DNA of 64,000 nucleotides from Octopus sinensis (Eukaryota), in the NCBI RefSeq assembly GCF_006345805.1, contig NW_021831286.1, forward strand, positions 372,001 to 436,000. Direction: 5' to 3'. Every line of letters begins with the position of its first letter. The stretch's first letter is position 1. Under the pieces are notes generated by a model. It did no database searches. It saw only the letters and a program-made list of their open reading frames with translations, and was not told the DNA's origin. Of the stretch, positions 25,744-37,865 are shown one piece after another. The translations under genes and the position numbers were made by a program.

Positions 25744-28700
25744 GGGCTGACGGACAACTCGCCTACAGGCGAGTTGTCCTTGAACTCGCCAATAACAAGG
25801 ACGGACAACTCGCCTAGAAAGAAATGTATACTTGGGGTATTAAAATTTGTATTTCAATAGTCAAAATTTTGGACAACTATCTTTACAATAAGGATAGGGA
25901 CATTGACGAAAAATTGTCAATTGATATTTTATTATAGTTCAAATCGACGTTTTTTGTAAAAATAAAAATTGAAAAAATTCTATTTATGAAAAATTAATTT
26001 AAATTCTTCTTTTTGTTAAAATTTTTAATTAAATTAAATCCTAATAAATGGCTACAATTAAAAAGATATTAGGCCAAAGGAAGAGTGAGGTGGTATTTTG
26101 GACAACTATCTTTACAATAAGGATAGGGACATTGACGAAAAAAAGACGATATGGAGATGTCGGAAACGAACGTGTCGGGGGGCGTTAATTTTGGACGAGA
26201 ACAGCGAAGTCGTTGATAGAGTAGAGCAGTGGTTCTTAACCTTTTTTAAGTCAGCGCCCCCTTTTGACACAATTTCGAAGCTTCAAAATTTCAGCGCCCC
26301 CCTATTATTTAATTTATTTTTTTTCAATTATAGATTTATTTGGCAATTTTTTCGCCAATTGTTTCATTTTAATATTTTCGAATATTACTTATTATTTTTT
26401 TAGAATTAAAAAGGGTATTCACAAACCAAACTTTTTTATATAAAAAAATTTAGTGACTGCCTGTGCTTGATGGGAATTGTCAATCGTTTTATGTCAGCTT
26501 CAATAGTCGACAGACTTAGTCTCAAATCTCCTCTATTCACAATTTGTAATTTATTTCTTTTTTTGGTCAAAATATTAGAGACTGCACTAAATCCTCTTTC
26601 AACTAGATATGTTGAAGGAAATGCTATTATAAGTGTTTCAATTTCATTCCACAATAAAGGATATTTTTTTCTATGAGTAACCCAGAATTGTTGATATCCA
26701 TATTTGTTGAAAATGACTTTAGCTTCAAAGTCATATTTCAGATTTAATAAATTTTCTGTTATTTCTTGAGATAAATTAACGTTTTCAGTTTCAAATGGAT
26801 TTATATACCAATCAAAAAATTTTAAATTTTCTAAATCTTCAAAGCGGATTTTCATGTCATCTTTTAACATTTTTAGATGCAAGCAAAAGCATTCACAGTC
26901 AGAATCCGTTAATTTTTCGACCTAATAAATATTATTACAAAAAATAACCCCAAATTTTTGTAGATTTGGAAAATTAATAAAAATCTTTTTCTTAATATTG
27001 TTTTCATAAAGTTGTAATTTTTCAATAAAAGGCATAATAATCCTTTTACATTTATTAAATTGATATTGTTTCCTTGCAAGCTAATATTTACTTGGTTGAT
27101 TTTATAAAAAATATCAGCTAGATAAGCTATATCAGCTTTCAATAAAATCAACTTACTAAAATGATTAAGGAATAATTACCTAAAATTCTCTGCTCATGTA
27201 ACTGACAAAATTCTAAGATTGAATCATACAATTCAAAAAATCGACACAAACAGTTTCCTTTTGAAAGCCATCTAACATGGGTATGCAAAAGAAGTCGTTC
27301 ATAATGCTCATCGTTTTGTTCACAAATATGTCGAAATATTCTCGAATTCAATGGGTGCATTTTAATACGATTTATTGCACATATGACAACATTTAGTGAT
27401 TCATTCAGCCTCTCACTTAAATTTTTCGCAGCTAAATGCTGTCTGTGAATGACGCAATGGATTGTAAAAATATTCGGTACTTTTTCCTTCATATATGCCA
27501 AAACCCACGATGATGAACTCCAACCATCGCAGGTGCCCCATCTGTTGAACAAGCAAAAATATTGCTAAGGGGTATTTCATGTTTCAAAAAATATTGTTCA
27601 ACAGTTTTGAAAATTGTTAATCCTCTTGTATCGAGTTCAAGGTGTTCAGAAAATAAAAATCTTCTTGAATTACATCATTTTGATTAATATAACGTACGTA
27701 AACTAATAAAAGTGCAACACTATCGTTGAATGTCGATTCATCAATCTGAATTGAAAATTTTGTTGTTCTTAAAAATGCACATAGGGTTTCTTCGATATCA
27801 AATGCCATTTCATCAATTCTGGAAGAAACAGAACTATTACTCAAAGGAATTGATGAAATTATTTGTTCAGAATCACAATCAACCATTGAATTTAACACTT
27901 CTTTGATAGCTGGTAATATTAATGACTCTCCAATAGTATGAGGTTTTCCTGATTTCGCTATCAATTGCGATATTTGTATGATGCTAATAGCCTTTTTCAA
28001 GCATCTTCGAATTTTTTGTAAATAGTTGATTAATCATAAGACGATTTTCATAATTATATTTCAGATTAGAAAAATAATTGATATCCGCATCAAGTTTGTC
28101 AGGATGACAAATCTTAAGATGATTTAGCATTCTTGAAGGCTTCATTCCTTCATTTGTAAAGACCTTTTTACACATAAGACACATTGGAAGTGAATTGTTA
28201 TGGTCGTAGGGTATCACTCCAAACTTTAGGTATTCATCCGAATATATACGTCGTTTTACTTTTTTATCAGACATCTATAAAATATAATTAAAATATTTAT
28301 TAAAAAGTTCTAAAATATTAAATACAATTAACAAATATTTATAAATATTATCAGTGAATAATTTTTTTACGTACACACAAGACAATTTGAATTTAGAATT
28401 AATAGAAAAGCACGTGATAATGATTTACAAAAACTAATAAAATATTTATAATAATTAAAAAAAATTAAAATTCCAGCGCCCCCCTAATATGTTCCAGCGC
28501 CCCCAGGGGGGCGCCAGCGCCCCCGTTAAGAATCACTGGAGTAGAGCATAATCATCATCCAGAAGATGATAACTCAATCAAACTCCTCGAGGCTAAGCTG
28601 AACTGCGGAAAAAAGCAGCCGAGTCAATGGATAGGCCACTAAATGTTGTTGTGAATACAGTAGCGGCCTATTCAGCAGAAGTCAAAGGGAATCTCCCAAA

Positions 28701-28943
28701 GACACAATCAATGGCTAAGACTGTGACTCGAGTCAGAACAGAAGCATGCAAGTAACAGCTGTTACGAGATCTGATATTCCTGATGGCTGTAAAAAAAACA
28801 AACGTGGTGAAACGTTTTTTCGCAAAGATTCTGGAATCAATGACGTTAAACCCGACACGTCATTTTTGCTTCTGATTTTCAGCTTTGTTTTCTAAAAAAG
28901 TCGAAAATTTGGATTGTTGATGGAACATTTAAAAGTGTCCCAA
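25744..28943 (+). mobile_element. Mutator-like element (FLYWCH + MULE), 3'-truncated, split by a hAT
   Basis: Left end GGGCTGACGGACAACTCGCC with AACTCGCC repeats. ORF from 26048 reads YLYNKD...IWRCRKRTCRG | HNH (FLYWCH), then WIVDGTFKSVP. Confidence 0.85.
26227..28538 (-). mobile_element. hAT (Buster/Charlie, ZBED5/SCAND3-like) transposon, near full length
   Basis: TIRs CAGTGGTTCTTAAC / GTTAAGAATCACTG; 8-bp TSD GAGTAGAG (nnnTAnnn). BED finger, FSIQIDEST, HCVIHRQHL, VRWLSKG, FPSTYLVERGFS. Frameshifts fall mostly in homopolymers. Confidence 0.95.
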
Positions 28944-30120
28944 TGATAGAGTACCCTATCATCCGGTAGAAAATTTGTCAAAGAATTCTGTAAGGACATC
29001 AATCAATTCTGACGATTGATCGAGTCAAAAGCTCTTGAATATCAATTACAAGAATGTTTGTCGCATTTTTTCTCACTTTTATGCTTAATTAGTTCTAGTC
29101 CTTATACTACTAGAGTTTTATCGTTTTTGAGCTTAGCGCAAGCTCTTTGACCTTCTTCAGAAGTTATTTCCAACTCCAATTTCCTGGGATGGTCAGTAAA
29201 TACTGCAATTCCGTTGCTTTCTGATTTAAACAGTTTTTTGGCTGGCAATTAATTTTGCCGCAAAATCTGCAATTTGTCTTCTATTTTCGTCTTTTAGTAC
29301 CCTCCATTATCCTCAGAACTGTATCTCTGTCTCGTTCATTTACAAAAAGAAACGCAATTTTTGATTATCTTTTTGATGTTTGTTCTTTCGCGGCCAAGAT
29401 TCTTTTAGATGTAGTAGCCAAATATATTCTTCTTTCTTCATAAGGAGTGATATCTCAGTTGTTCAGCTGACAATTTTGTGTATAGTTGTCTGTCCGTTGC
29501 TCCTCGTATTTTTTCAGAGCTTTAGAATTTGTTGACTTATTTGACGCTTGTTGACATGACCGTCGAGTTTTCTCCTCCTGTAAATATCACATGTCTCTTT
29601 GGTATTTGTTTTGTTTCTGTTTAGATGTTTATTCGATAAAATTCCAGCCATTTCGTGATTACTGTCAATAATTGACATCCCATTGCATCGGTAAAAAATT
29701 GTCTGTCTTTAAATCGACCGATTATATAATCAATCTGGTTGTATATGTTTATAAATTCGCAGCAAAAATTCTTTCTACACCATTTCCATGTGGTTGAATG
29801 TGTATTAGGCTGCATAAATGCGATTTTACATATGAATAATCCGTTTTCATTACAAAAATTGACTTTTCAATTTTCCCGCAACACTCCGTATTCCTCGTTC
29901 CTTTTTTCCGTGAAGGTTTCATTCAATTTTGTTTTTATTTCCATGTTAGAGTTAATGTCGTCAGTGATGACAGTTATTGAAGAGTGTACAAGTTCAAAAT
30001 AAAATTCAGAAAGATAGTTTTTAGGTGAATTTAAATGTGATAAATTTCAAAAAATGTAATAATTTTGTACTTTTTATTGTATAAATAAATGTATTTATTT
30101 TTGTAATAAATTTTAATGCA

Positions 30121-30867
30121 ATGGAGCCACCTGATAATTTAAAATGTTTCTACTTTGACCACACAATTGACGGTAAATACCCAAAATATACATTACCCAA
30201 AGGAGTAGAAAGTGTCCCCTCCATGCTGAAAGAAAACCTCAACAAAATTAAAGAATTTGACCTACAAGTGGAGAGTAATCACTAAACTAACAAATCAGCC
30301 ATTCTAAGTGAAATCCGTAAAGAAACGGAAGAACTGCTCTCAAAAATGAGTGACCTGTCCGAAGAGAAGAAGAATAAAGCAATCGACCAAATAAACAGCA
30401 AATACAACAAAGCAATCAAAATATCCGACAAAAAAGTATCACTCTCCAAAAAAACATACGAAAAAGTAATTTATATATATATTGTTGGTGGATAAACATA
30501 TAATCCAACTCGATCAGGATTTAGTCAAGTTTGAAGGCCTTTTGAACACTTCTGAGACAATTCGCCCCTCTGAGAAAGAGCACGTGAATGAGAGTGGTGG
30601 GGGACCCTTAAAGTGGATTGTGTAAAAGTAGTTAAGGAAGGACCTCAAATCCACGCCTGACTATTTGGACATGCCAGTGGATCCCAACGAGCCGACTTAC
30701 TGTGACTGTCATCAGGTGTCGTATGGGGAGATGATTGGCTGTGATAACCCTGAGGTAGTCACGTTTCTTTAGTTTAGTGTCCCGTTGAGTGGTTTCATTT
30801 TGCCTGTGTTGGACTGACTACTAAACCCAGAGGCAAGTGGTTTTGTTCCAGGTGTTCTAAAAAGTGA
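30121..30867 (+). CDS. ING4: Inhibitor of growth protein 4/5 (PHD finger); absent from the ORF track
   Basis: Spliced ...[20 protein letters not shown]...[55 protein letters not shown]; five introns. Confidence 0.93.
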
Positions 30868-31000
30868 TTTTCTGTTTATTTCTTGCTGTTTACTTTAGTT
30901 TTATTAAGTGTCCACATCAACCTAGTAATGATTGAAACATTTTATTTTAAATTTATTAAAAAGGATTTAAAAAATTAATGTTTATTTATAAAAAAAATAA

Positions 31001-31623
31001 TTATTTAATCATTTTATGTAAAAGAAGACGGTTTGTATTCTTCCGAGTTGACTTGGCCTTCCTTAGAGTACAGAGTGTTGGAGGCTGGTGGACAACTTCG
31101 CCAAACTCAACCTTGTCTATCTAATGTCATCAATTTAATTACACCAGAAAAAATTTCTCTTTTTATTTCCGAATATTTTTTATCGATATTTTTAATATCT
31201 TTTTTAAATTTATTTTTGTTTTTTATATATTCTGTTTTATTCTTGCTAACCCAAATAAGAATAAAATGTACGTTTTCCCTTTTGTTCGTTTCTTGCTCAT
31301 AATGTCAATGTGTGTCTAATAAAATTAAAATTACCCAAACCTGAATTTTATTTTCCATTTCTACACAATCTTTATAAAGTTCAAGTTCCTCGTCCGACTC
31401 CAATAAAACGGGAGAAGGCTTATTTATTTCTAGTTATTAGAAATAGTCACTGTGCCTTTCTTTTCCACGTTTTTATGTTTGGTGAAAGCTCTGGGTTCCA
31501 TGTTTTTACGCATTTCATTGAGTTTTTGGGGTATCTTTTGATCTATTTTAAGTTATTTTTTAAATAATATTTGCCAATATTCTGAATATTATTTATTTGC
31601 TTCCGTTTTGTTTTTTTAGCCAT
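31001..31623 (-). CDS. CCDC137: Coiled-coil domain-containing protein 137-like; absent from the ORF track
   Basis: Spliced K-rich protein with QKIPQKL and DKVEFGEVVHQPPTL; five tiny introns, the first being GC-AG. Confidence 0.75.
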
Positions 31624-32768
31624 GACGCCACACCAAACTTTGAGACACGTTTTATTAATTTTATTAATAAATATTGATAAATTTAATATTATTTTATTAA
31701 AAATAAACTAATTAAAAACACGGCAACCTACCCTGTGTCGCTATTGGGAAGAGAGATGGAGTGGCCTTCATTGTTTAAAACAGGGGTGTCAAACATACGG
31801 CCCTCAGCGTATTTTGGCAAACATAAGTGCGTTCTGATTTAATGGCTATCATACAATTTTTCGTAGGTATTAAGTTGTCTATTACCAAGAAGGTCCAATG
31901 CGTGTTTCAAAGCTAAATGAATTGCGAAAAAATTAATTTGGGTTACAGACTCATTTCACAAAAAGTCATGTACTCCAACGCCCACTTGTTTAAAGATATT
32001 TCATTAGCAAGAAATACTGTTGCCGAACATATTAATGAAATGGCATTGAATTTAAACACCAATTAAATTCTGATTTGTTAAAATTCGAATATTTTTCAAT
32101 CGATGAAACAGTCGTTGGAATTGCACAATTAGCAATCTTTGTTAGAGCCTGTGATTCAGATTTTAATATTTATGAAGAATTTCTCGAACTCAAAGATATT
32201 AAAGATGGAAAATACCATTAGTTTGGTCAACCACCGGCAGTTTAGTAAACTGCTGACAGATATTAATAATCAGTTCAGCGACATTCCTTTTTATGCTCCA
32301 GTCCGCTGGTTATCACTTCACAAAGTTGTTAAATGATTTTATTTGTTGAGATCGGAAATAATTTTATTTGTTGAGATGAAAGGGCAAAACACAGACGAAA
32401 TGAAAAGTCAATCTTGATCAAAGATTTGGCATTTGCAGTGGATATTACCACATATATGAACGACCTTAATTTAGAATTGCAGGGTAAAGACAAGCTCATA
32501 ACTCAGTTATCAGATCACATCAAGTGTTCTATTTCGAAAATAAAATTTCAGCTATTAAATGAAGATTTATTTCATTTTCCTACGTGCTAAGACCTCAGGA
32601 GTACTGTTGATGAACATAATGTAATGAATTTTTGTCTGAACTACACGAATAGCTCACCCTGACATCTCAAAAATTATATTTTAAAAGATTTCATCCTCTC
32701 GAAGCAGCTCTCACCAAAATTAAAGGGCGATGATTGAATAATTTAGTTTCTCTTATTTTGGTTATTAG

Positions 32769-34375
32769 TAGGGCAATTTGTTTCTAGCACTTAAAAAAAA
32801 TTTTTAGCGCTAAATCTAGCATTTATAATTAAAAAAAATTAGCACTTAAAATGATCAAATCTAGCATTTAAAATTGTAAAATCTACAACTTAAAATAATA
32901 AAAATTTATTTATTTAAAAACCAAGAGCACCGTCAGGCCAGAAAACAAGATTAATTAGGTGATTCCGACATTCCCAAACACTACGCATCCTCTTTCTGTG
33001 TTCGATATGATCCCCAGGCCGCCAAAATAATAAAAATAACATTTAAATTTTATCTCCGTTAATTTCAACTTAATATCGGGATTATTTACATGATGTTAGC
33101 ATTTGATACTAAAACTCTATCTGACTGAAATGCGTTAACAATTTCACAAATAATATTTCGCTGCTTTAAACCAACTTCCCCATCTGCATAAATTAAGAAA
33201 AAGAATACCTAGTAATTATGACATCAGGTGGGTATCCAACATCCTTGAACAAATTACGACGTCTTCGGTTTTTTACTGTGGCAGCTTTAATGCTTGCAAT
33301 TAAGCCATCTATTTCCGGCTATGCAGACTTTATACGTAAAACCGTATTGTGTAACAAATGAGAAACACAAGTCACATGATGCATGTTGTTATACATGACC
33401 ATTAAAGTTTTACCGCCTATTTATTTAGATACTTTTATATCACCAGAAATCATATAAGGAGCGGCATCTGAGATTAACAGATAAAATTGTCACAATAATC
33501 TTCATTTCTCTAATGACGTCATCTATTATTTGGCAGATGATAGCAGCATTGGCACGATTTTCCAGTGGTTTGCATTCAACCAAATAGGATTTTGTTGGAA
33601 GCGAATGCTTCCAATTAGAATCACTACAAAACTTTTCCTTCGGATATCTGTTTCATCAATTAAAAAATAAACTTTAATACGTTAATAATTTTGTCAACTC
33701 ATTTATCTTTTTTTTGGCAAGAAATTTAACCGTAGTTCTGCATGAAAATTCGGACGGAGTGTAAATGTTAAATGTTTTAAACATTTTTTTGATCGAATCA
33801 TTTTTTAATTTGTATAGCGGATGTTTGCTTGTACAAAAGCTTCCGTGATCGTTTCTTTAACCGAATCTACTTTGATTAATTCAGTTAATGTTGTTTGAAC
33901 TGAATCACATGAATGACCTACAATTACATTTATACGCATATTGTTCTGATGTTTTAAAGAAGAACGATGAGAATCGACTGAAAATTTTTTTGCACAGTTG
34001 ACTTTGGATAAACAAGAGAACAAAATAGAAGGCCATCGTCAGCAATACAGAACTCATCTTTGAATTCTGAGACTATACGCTTGGCTTTCTTAAGCAACGA
34101 ACACTTGGTTTTGGCATCACTCAAAATACTATATAGCCTGTTAAATTATTTTATTTAAATTAATTTATTATCATTTTATGGGTGGCATTAAAAAAATTTA
34201 AATGCAATTTAAATTAGCATTAAAAAAAAATTAGCATTTAAAATTACAAATAGCATTTATAGCATTTATAATGTATGTTTTTTTTAACAAAATTAAAAAA
34301 TAATTATTCCAATTCAATTTTATATTAAAAAAATATAAAAAGTAAAAATAGCATTTTAGCACTTAAATTGCCCTG
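32769..34375 (-). mobile_element. Nested hAT of the CGGBP1/hAT19-like group
   Basis: Ends TAGGGCAATTT / AAATTGCCCTG; many TAGCAYT subterminal repeats; LIDETD, LISDAAPYM, HVTCVSHLLHN, PPDVIITRWGSW. No TSD found. Confidence 0.8.
32906..33023 (-). mobile_element. 118-bp 5'-truncated LINE insertion
   Basis: Ends ...VGIT* + CGGTGCTCTTGG + (TAAA)n; 14-bp TSD AAAATAATAAAAAT. Confidence 0.75.
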
Positions 34376-35859
34376 TAAAATTTTTTTTGTATTTTTAAAT
34401 CGTGTTTGTTAATGTCACGTGCTTCTTCTGGAATAAAAAAGAAACGGTGCTGGAAAGATGAACGGAGAGTGTTTCAAAATAAATGGGAACTTGTCTGTTT
34501 TTGCACACATTGTTTGATATTTAACAAGTTTATTGCTATATCGAAAGAATACAACCTAAAGAGGCATTATCAATCTAATCATCTATCATACAATTATTTC
34601 GAAGGTATTAAGTTGTCTATTAACCAAGAAGGTCAAATGCGTGTTTCAAAGTTAAATGAATTGCGAAAAAATTAATCTGGGTTACAGACTCATTTCACAA
34701 AAAGTCATGTACTCCATTAGTCACTGCAAGCTATGAAATCAGCAGAATGCTTGCAGTAAATGGAAAATCATATTGTGATGGTGATTTCATCAATGCCTTG
34801 TAAAAACAGCGAATATTATTTGTCCAGACAACGCCCACATGTTTAAAGATATTTTATTAGCAAGAAATACTGTTGTCGAACACATCAATGAAATGGTACC
34901 AATGCACGATACTACTACAAGTAAAGATATCTTTATAAAACTACTACAAATTCTCTTTGAATATGGGTTTGATTTGAAGAAGCTTGTATGTTTATGCACT
35001 GCTCCGAATATGGTTGGACGACATGCTGGCGTTGCCGCTAAATTGCGAGCTGAAATAGAAAAGGTAAATCCCGGGTCATCATTTGCTCATTTTCATTGTA
35101 TTATTCATCATCAGCAATATTTGTCTTCAAAGATATTAAAAATGGAAAATACCATTATTTTGGTCAACCACCGGCATTTTAGTAAACTGCTGACAGATAT
35201 TAATAATCAGTTTAGCGACATTCCTTTTTATACTTCAGTCCGCTGGTTATCACATCACAACCACACCTATGAACGAACTTAATTTAGAATTGCAGGGCAA
35301 AGACAAGCTCGTAACTCAGTTGTTAGATCATATCAAGTGTTTTATTTCGAAAATAAAATTTCAGCTATTAAATGAAGTTTTATCTCATTTTCCTACGTGC
35401 TAAGAGCTCAGGAGTACTGTTGATGCACATAATGTTATGAATTTTTGTATGAACTACACGAATAGCTCAGCATGACATCTCAAACATTATATTTTAAAAA
35501 AGATGTCAATCCTCTGGAAGCAGCTCTCACCAAAATTAAAGGGCGATGATTGAATAATTTAGTTTCTCTTATTTTGGTTATTCGTCATAATAAATATCAG
35601 AATTAATCTTCCCTTAATGAGAAATTATAATAAATGCGGCCCTCGAAGCGAAATGAGTTTGACACCCCTGGTTTAAAATAACAAAGCATTTGTTATTGAA
35701 TTAATGATCGATAATACTAATCCACAATCGCATTAAATATCATCAAGTGTATTTCCCAATAACTATTGTCAAGGATGATAAAATTGACAAAGTCTATTAT
35801 AAATCTCAATGTTGAAACCGCCACTCTTTCGTTTCCAAATCGAACTACCGCTCCAGGAA

Positions 35860-36290
35860 CATCACAGTCCTCAGGGGGGTGTCACAAAAGTCCTGTCTTA
35901 GTCACCTTCTTTTTAATTTGGTAAAGAGCAGTTTCCCTGTGCCCCCGACCCGTAGACAACTTTACTCCTATACGCAGATGACGGTGATAAAGGAGTGGTG
36001 CGTCAGTAAGCAGCTTTACTAGCAATAGACAAATCCGCTTACTTATTAATCAACATAAGAAAGTCACCAGATCAGAGGGCCGAGCCCCTAGTTGAAATTG
36101 ATCCACCCAGGTGTATACTCTACCTAAGACTTACAATCGACGCTAATCCGGGTTACTACCTGCATGTCAAGAAGAAGAGAGCGAAAGGCATCGCGGCTCT
36201 CCGTCTCTTAATGAGCATGCATCCGAAGCCAAGTACCTTCCTCTTTGTCTTCCACACAAGAGTGTAGAGGAGGTCCTACAAGTTATATAG
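35860..36290 (+). mobile_element. LINE RT remnant
   Basis: LLLYADD and YLRLTID motifs; decayed. Confidence 0.5.
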
Positions 36291-36446
36291 TCAACAATTA
36301 CAGGGGACAGTTTTCCTGAAAAAACCCGGTCGATTGGTTCCACCCACGTGGAGATCTGGCATATTTAATTTACATTTTCATAGTACACCTCACATCGTAA
36401 GACCACATTATGAATTTCAAGAAACACTAAAACTGATGCACTACAT

Positions 36447-37417
36447 CAGGTGTTCTCAACCGGGGGCGAAAATTAGGTCAAAGTGGGCGATAATATATTT
36501 AGTAAAATATTCGATTTATATTCAAAATAGCACGCTGTTTTTACATCTAAGATGTTTTTCGCTCAAATAAGAAAAGTCGTCATTATCAAAACGAATATTT
36601 TAAATATTCGTTTATTCAAAGTGCTGAATTTACAAAACAGCCTTATTGTCTGAGAATAAAAAAACTAGTAAAATAGAGAAGTTAACTAATAAAATGTCAT
36701 AAAATGTCACGGCCGATTGAATATTTTCAAACGTTAAAATACAATTTTGAAAACAAGAAAACGATCAAATCTTTATTCACAAAACCAGTACATGATAGTT
36801 ATTTAACATTTATGTAGTTGTGGGTGCGCAGATCGCTTCTTATAAAATTGCTGAAATTACGGCGAAAACTTCCAGTTCTCATACTATCGCAGAAAATGTA
36901 ACAATTCCATCACTAGAAGTAATAATATCGGGTGTAATAAGATGCTTCTAAAATTATTAAAAAAATGATTCGATTCGTCGGAGAATTGATGAAATGGGTG
37001 ATCAAGTAAAATTCTTATTGAAAGACTGAAGAGAAGTAAGTTTTCTTTACAAATTGATGAAAGCGTCATTGTAAATAGTAAAGGTGTTTTAATAAGATTT
37101 GTAAGGTTATTTTCGAATTTTTAATACAATTTAGTTGTTTGTCGAATTATTGGAAACCTGTACAACTGGAATGTCAATATATTCCGTAGTCCAAGAAGAG
37201 ATAATTGAAATATAATGTAGAATATATTCAGAGATTTCAACAGGATGGTGTCTCTAAATTTTGGCAATAAAAAGATCTACAAATGAAATTTCCAAATTTA
37301 TGGAAGGAAATGAGAAATGTACTATTGACATTCCCACAAAAATTTTAAATTGTATGTGGACAAGGAGGCGATAAAATATCTGAGGGGGCGATGAACAAAA
37401 AAGTTTGAGAATGCTTG
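36447..37417 (+). mobile_element. Old internally deleted Buster-type hAT
   Basis: Ends CAGGTGTTCTCAAC / TTTGAGAATGCTTG; TSD CACTACAT / CACCACAT (7/8); RRIDEM and FSLQIDES remnants. Confidence 0.75.
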
Positions 37418-37865
37418 CACCACATAATGGGGGATTTCAACTCAAAAGTAGGTGATTTTCCACATACGAATTTTTGGTTGGGGGGAAAGAAATGATGCTG
37501 TGGACCGCCTAATCTAATTTTGTCAGGAAAATGGATTTAAAATAGCTAATTGTTCAAGCAGCACAACAATTTGTTTTCTGACTAGATTGATGTAAAGAAT
37601 GCGTTCGATTCAATTGATCACGACTTTCGGTATCAAATTTTAGAAAACAAACTCAGGCGGGAAAATTCGTCCCCATGACTGACAAATAAATATTTTGTTA
37701 TTTCCCAGAATATAATCGTCGATTTGTGACTTAATTAATAAATAATTCCAATGGCCGTGCACTACGAGTCCTGGCGATCAGGAAACCTACGTTTGTTAAT
37801 AGAAGCACTCAAATAAATGAAAATCGTAGAACAAAATTCATAAACAAAAATAAGCAAAAAAGTGA

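Larger units (their letters stand above)
24716..30000 (-). mobile_element. Decayed RTE-like LINE interrupted by a MULE/hAT nest
   Basis: RT remnants (IDIQELLT, GDSLFPILF, FRGRPRNTLP) on both sides of 25744-28943. Confidence 0.7.
31781..35670 (+). mobile_element. Composite hAT (SPIN/GTF2IRD2-like) with internal duplication
   Basis: TIRs CAGGGGTGTCAAAC / GTTTGACACCCCTG; 8-bp TSD GTTTAAAA. Two differently deleted transposase copies (KEYNLKRHY, FHCIIHQ-like, VRWLS). Confidence 0.9.

Noticed and set aside
26436-28274. Multiple frameshifts in the Buster transposase as programmed frameshifting or editing
   Set aside because: They are mostly single-base losses in homopolymers, as in the 334-bp duplicate; long-read error or decay is simpler.
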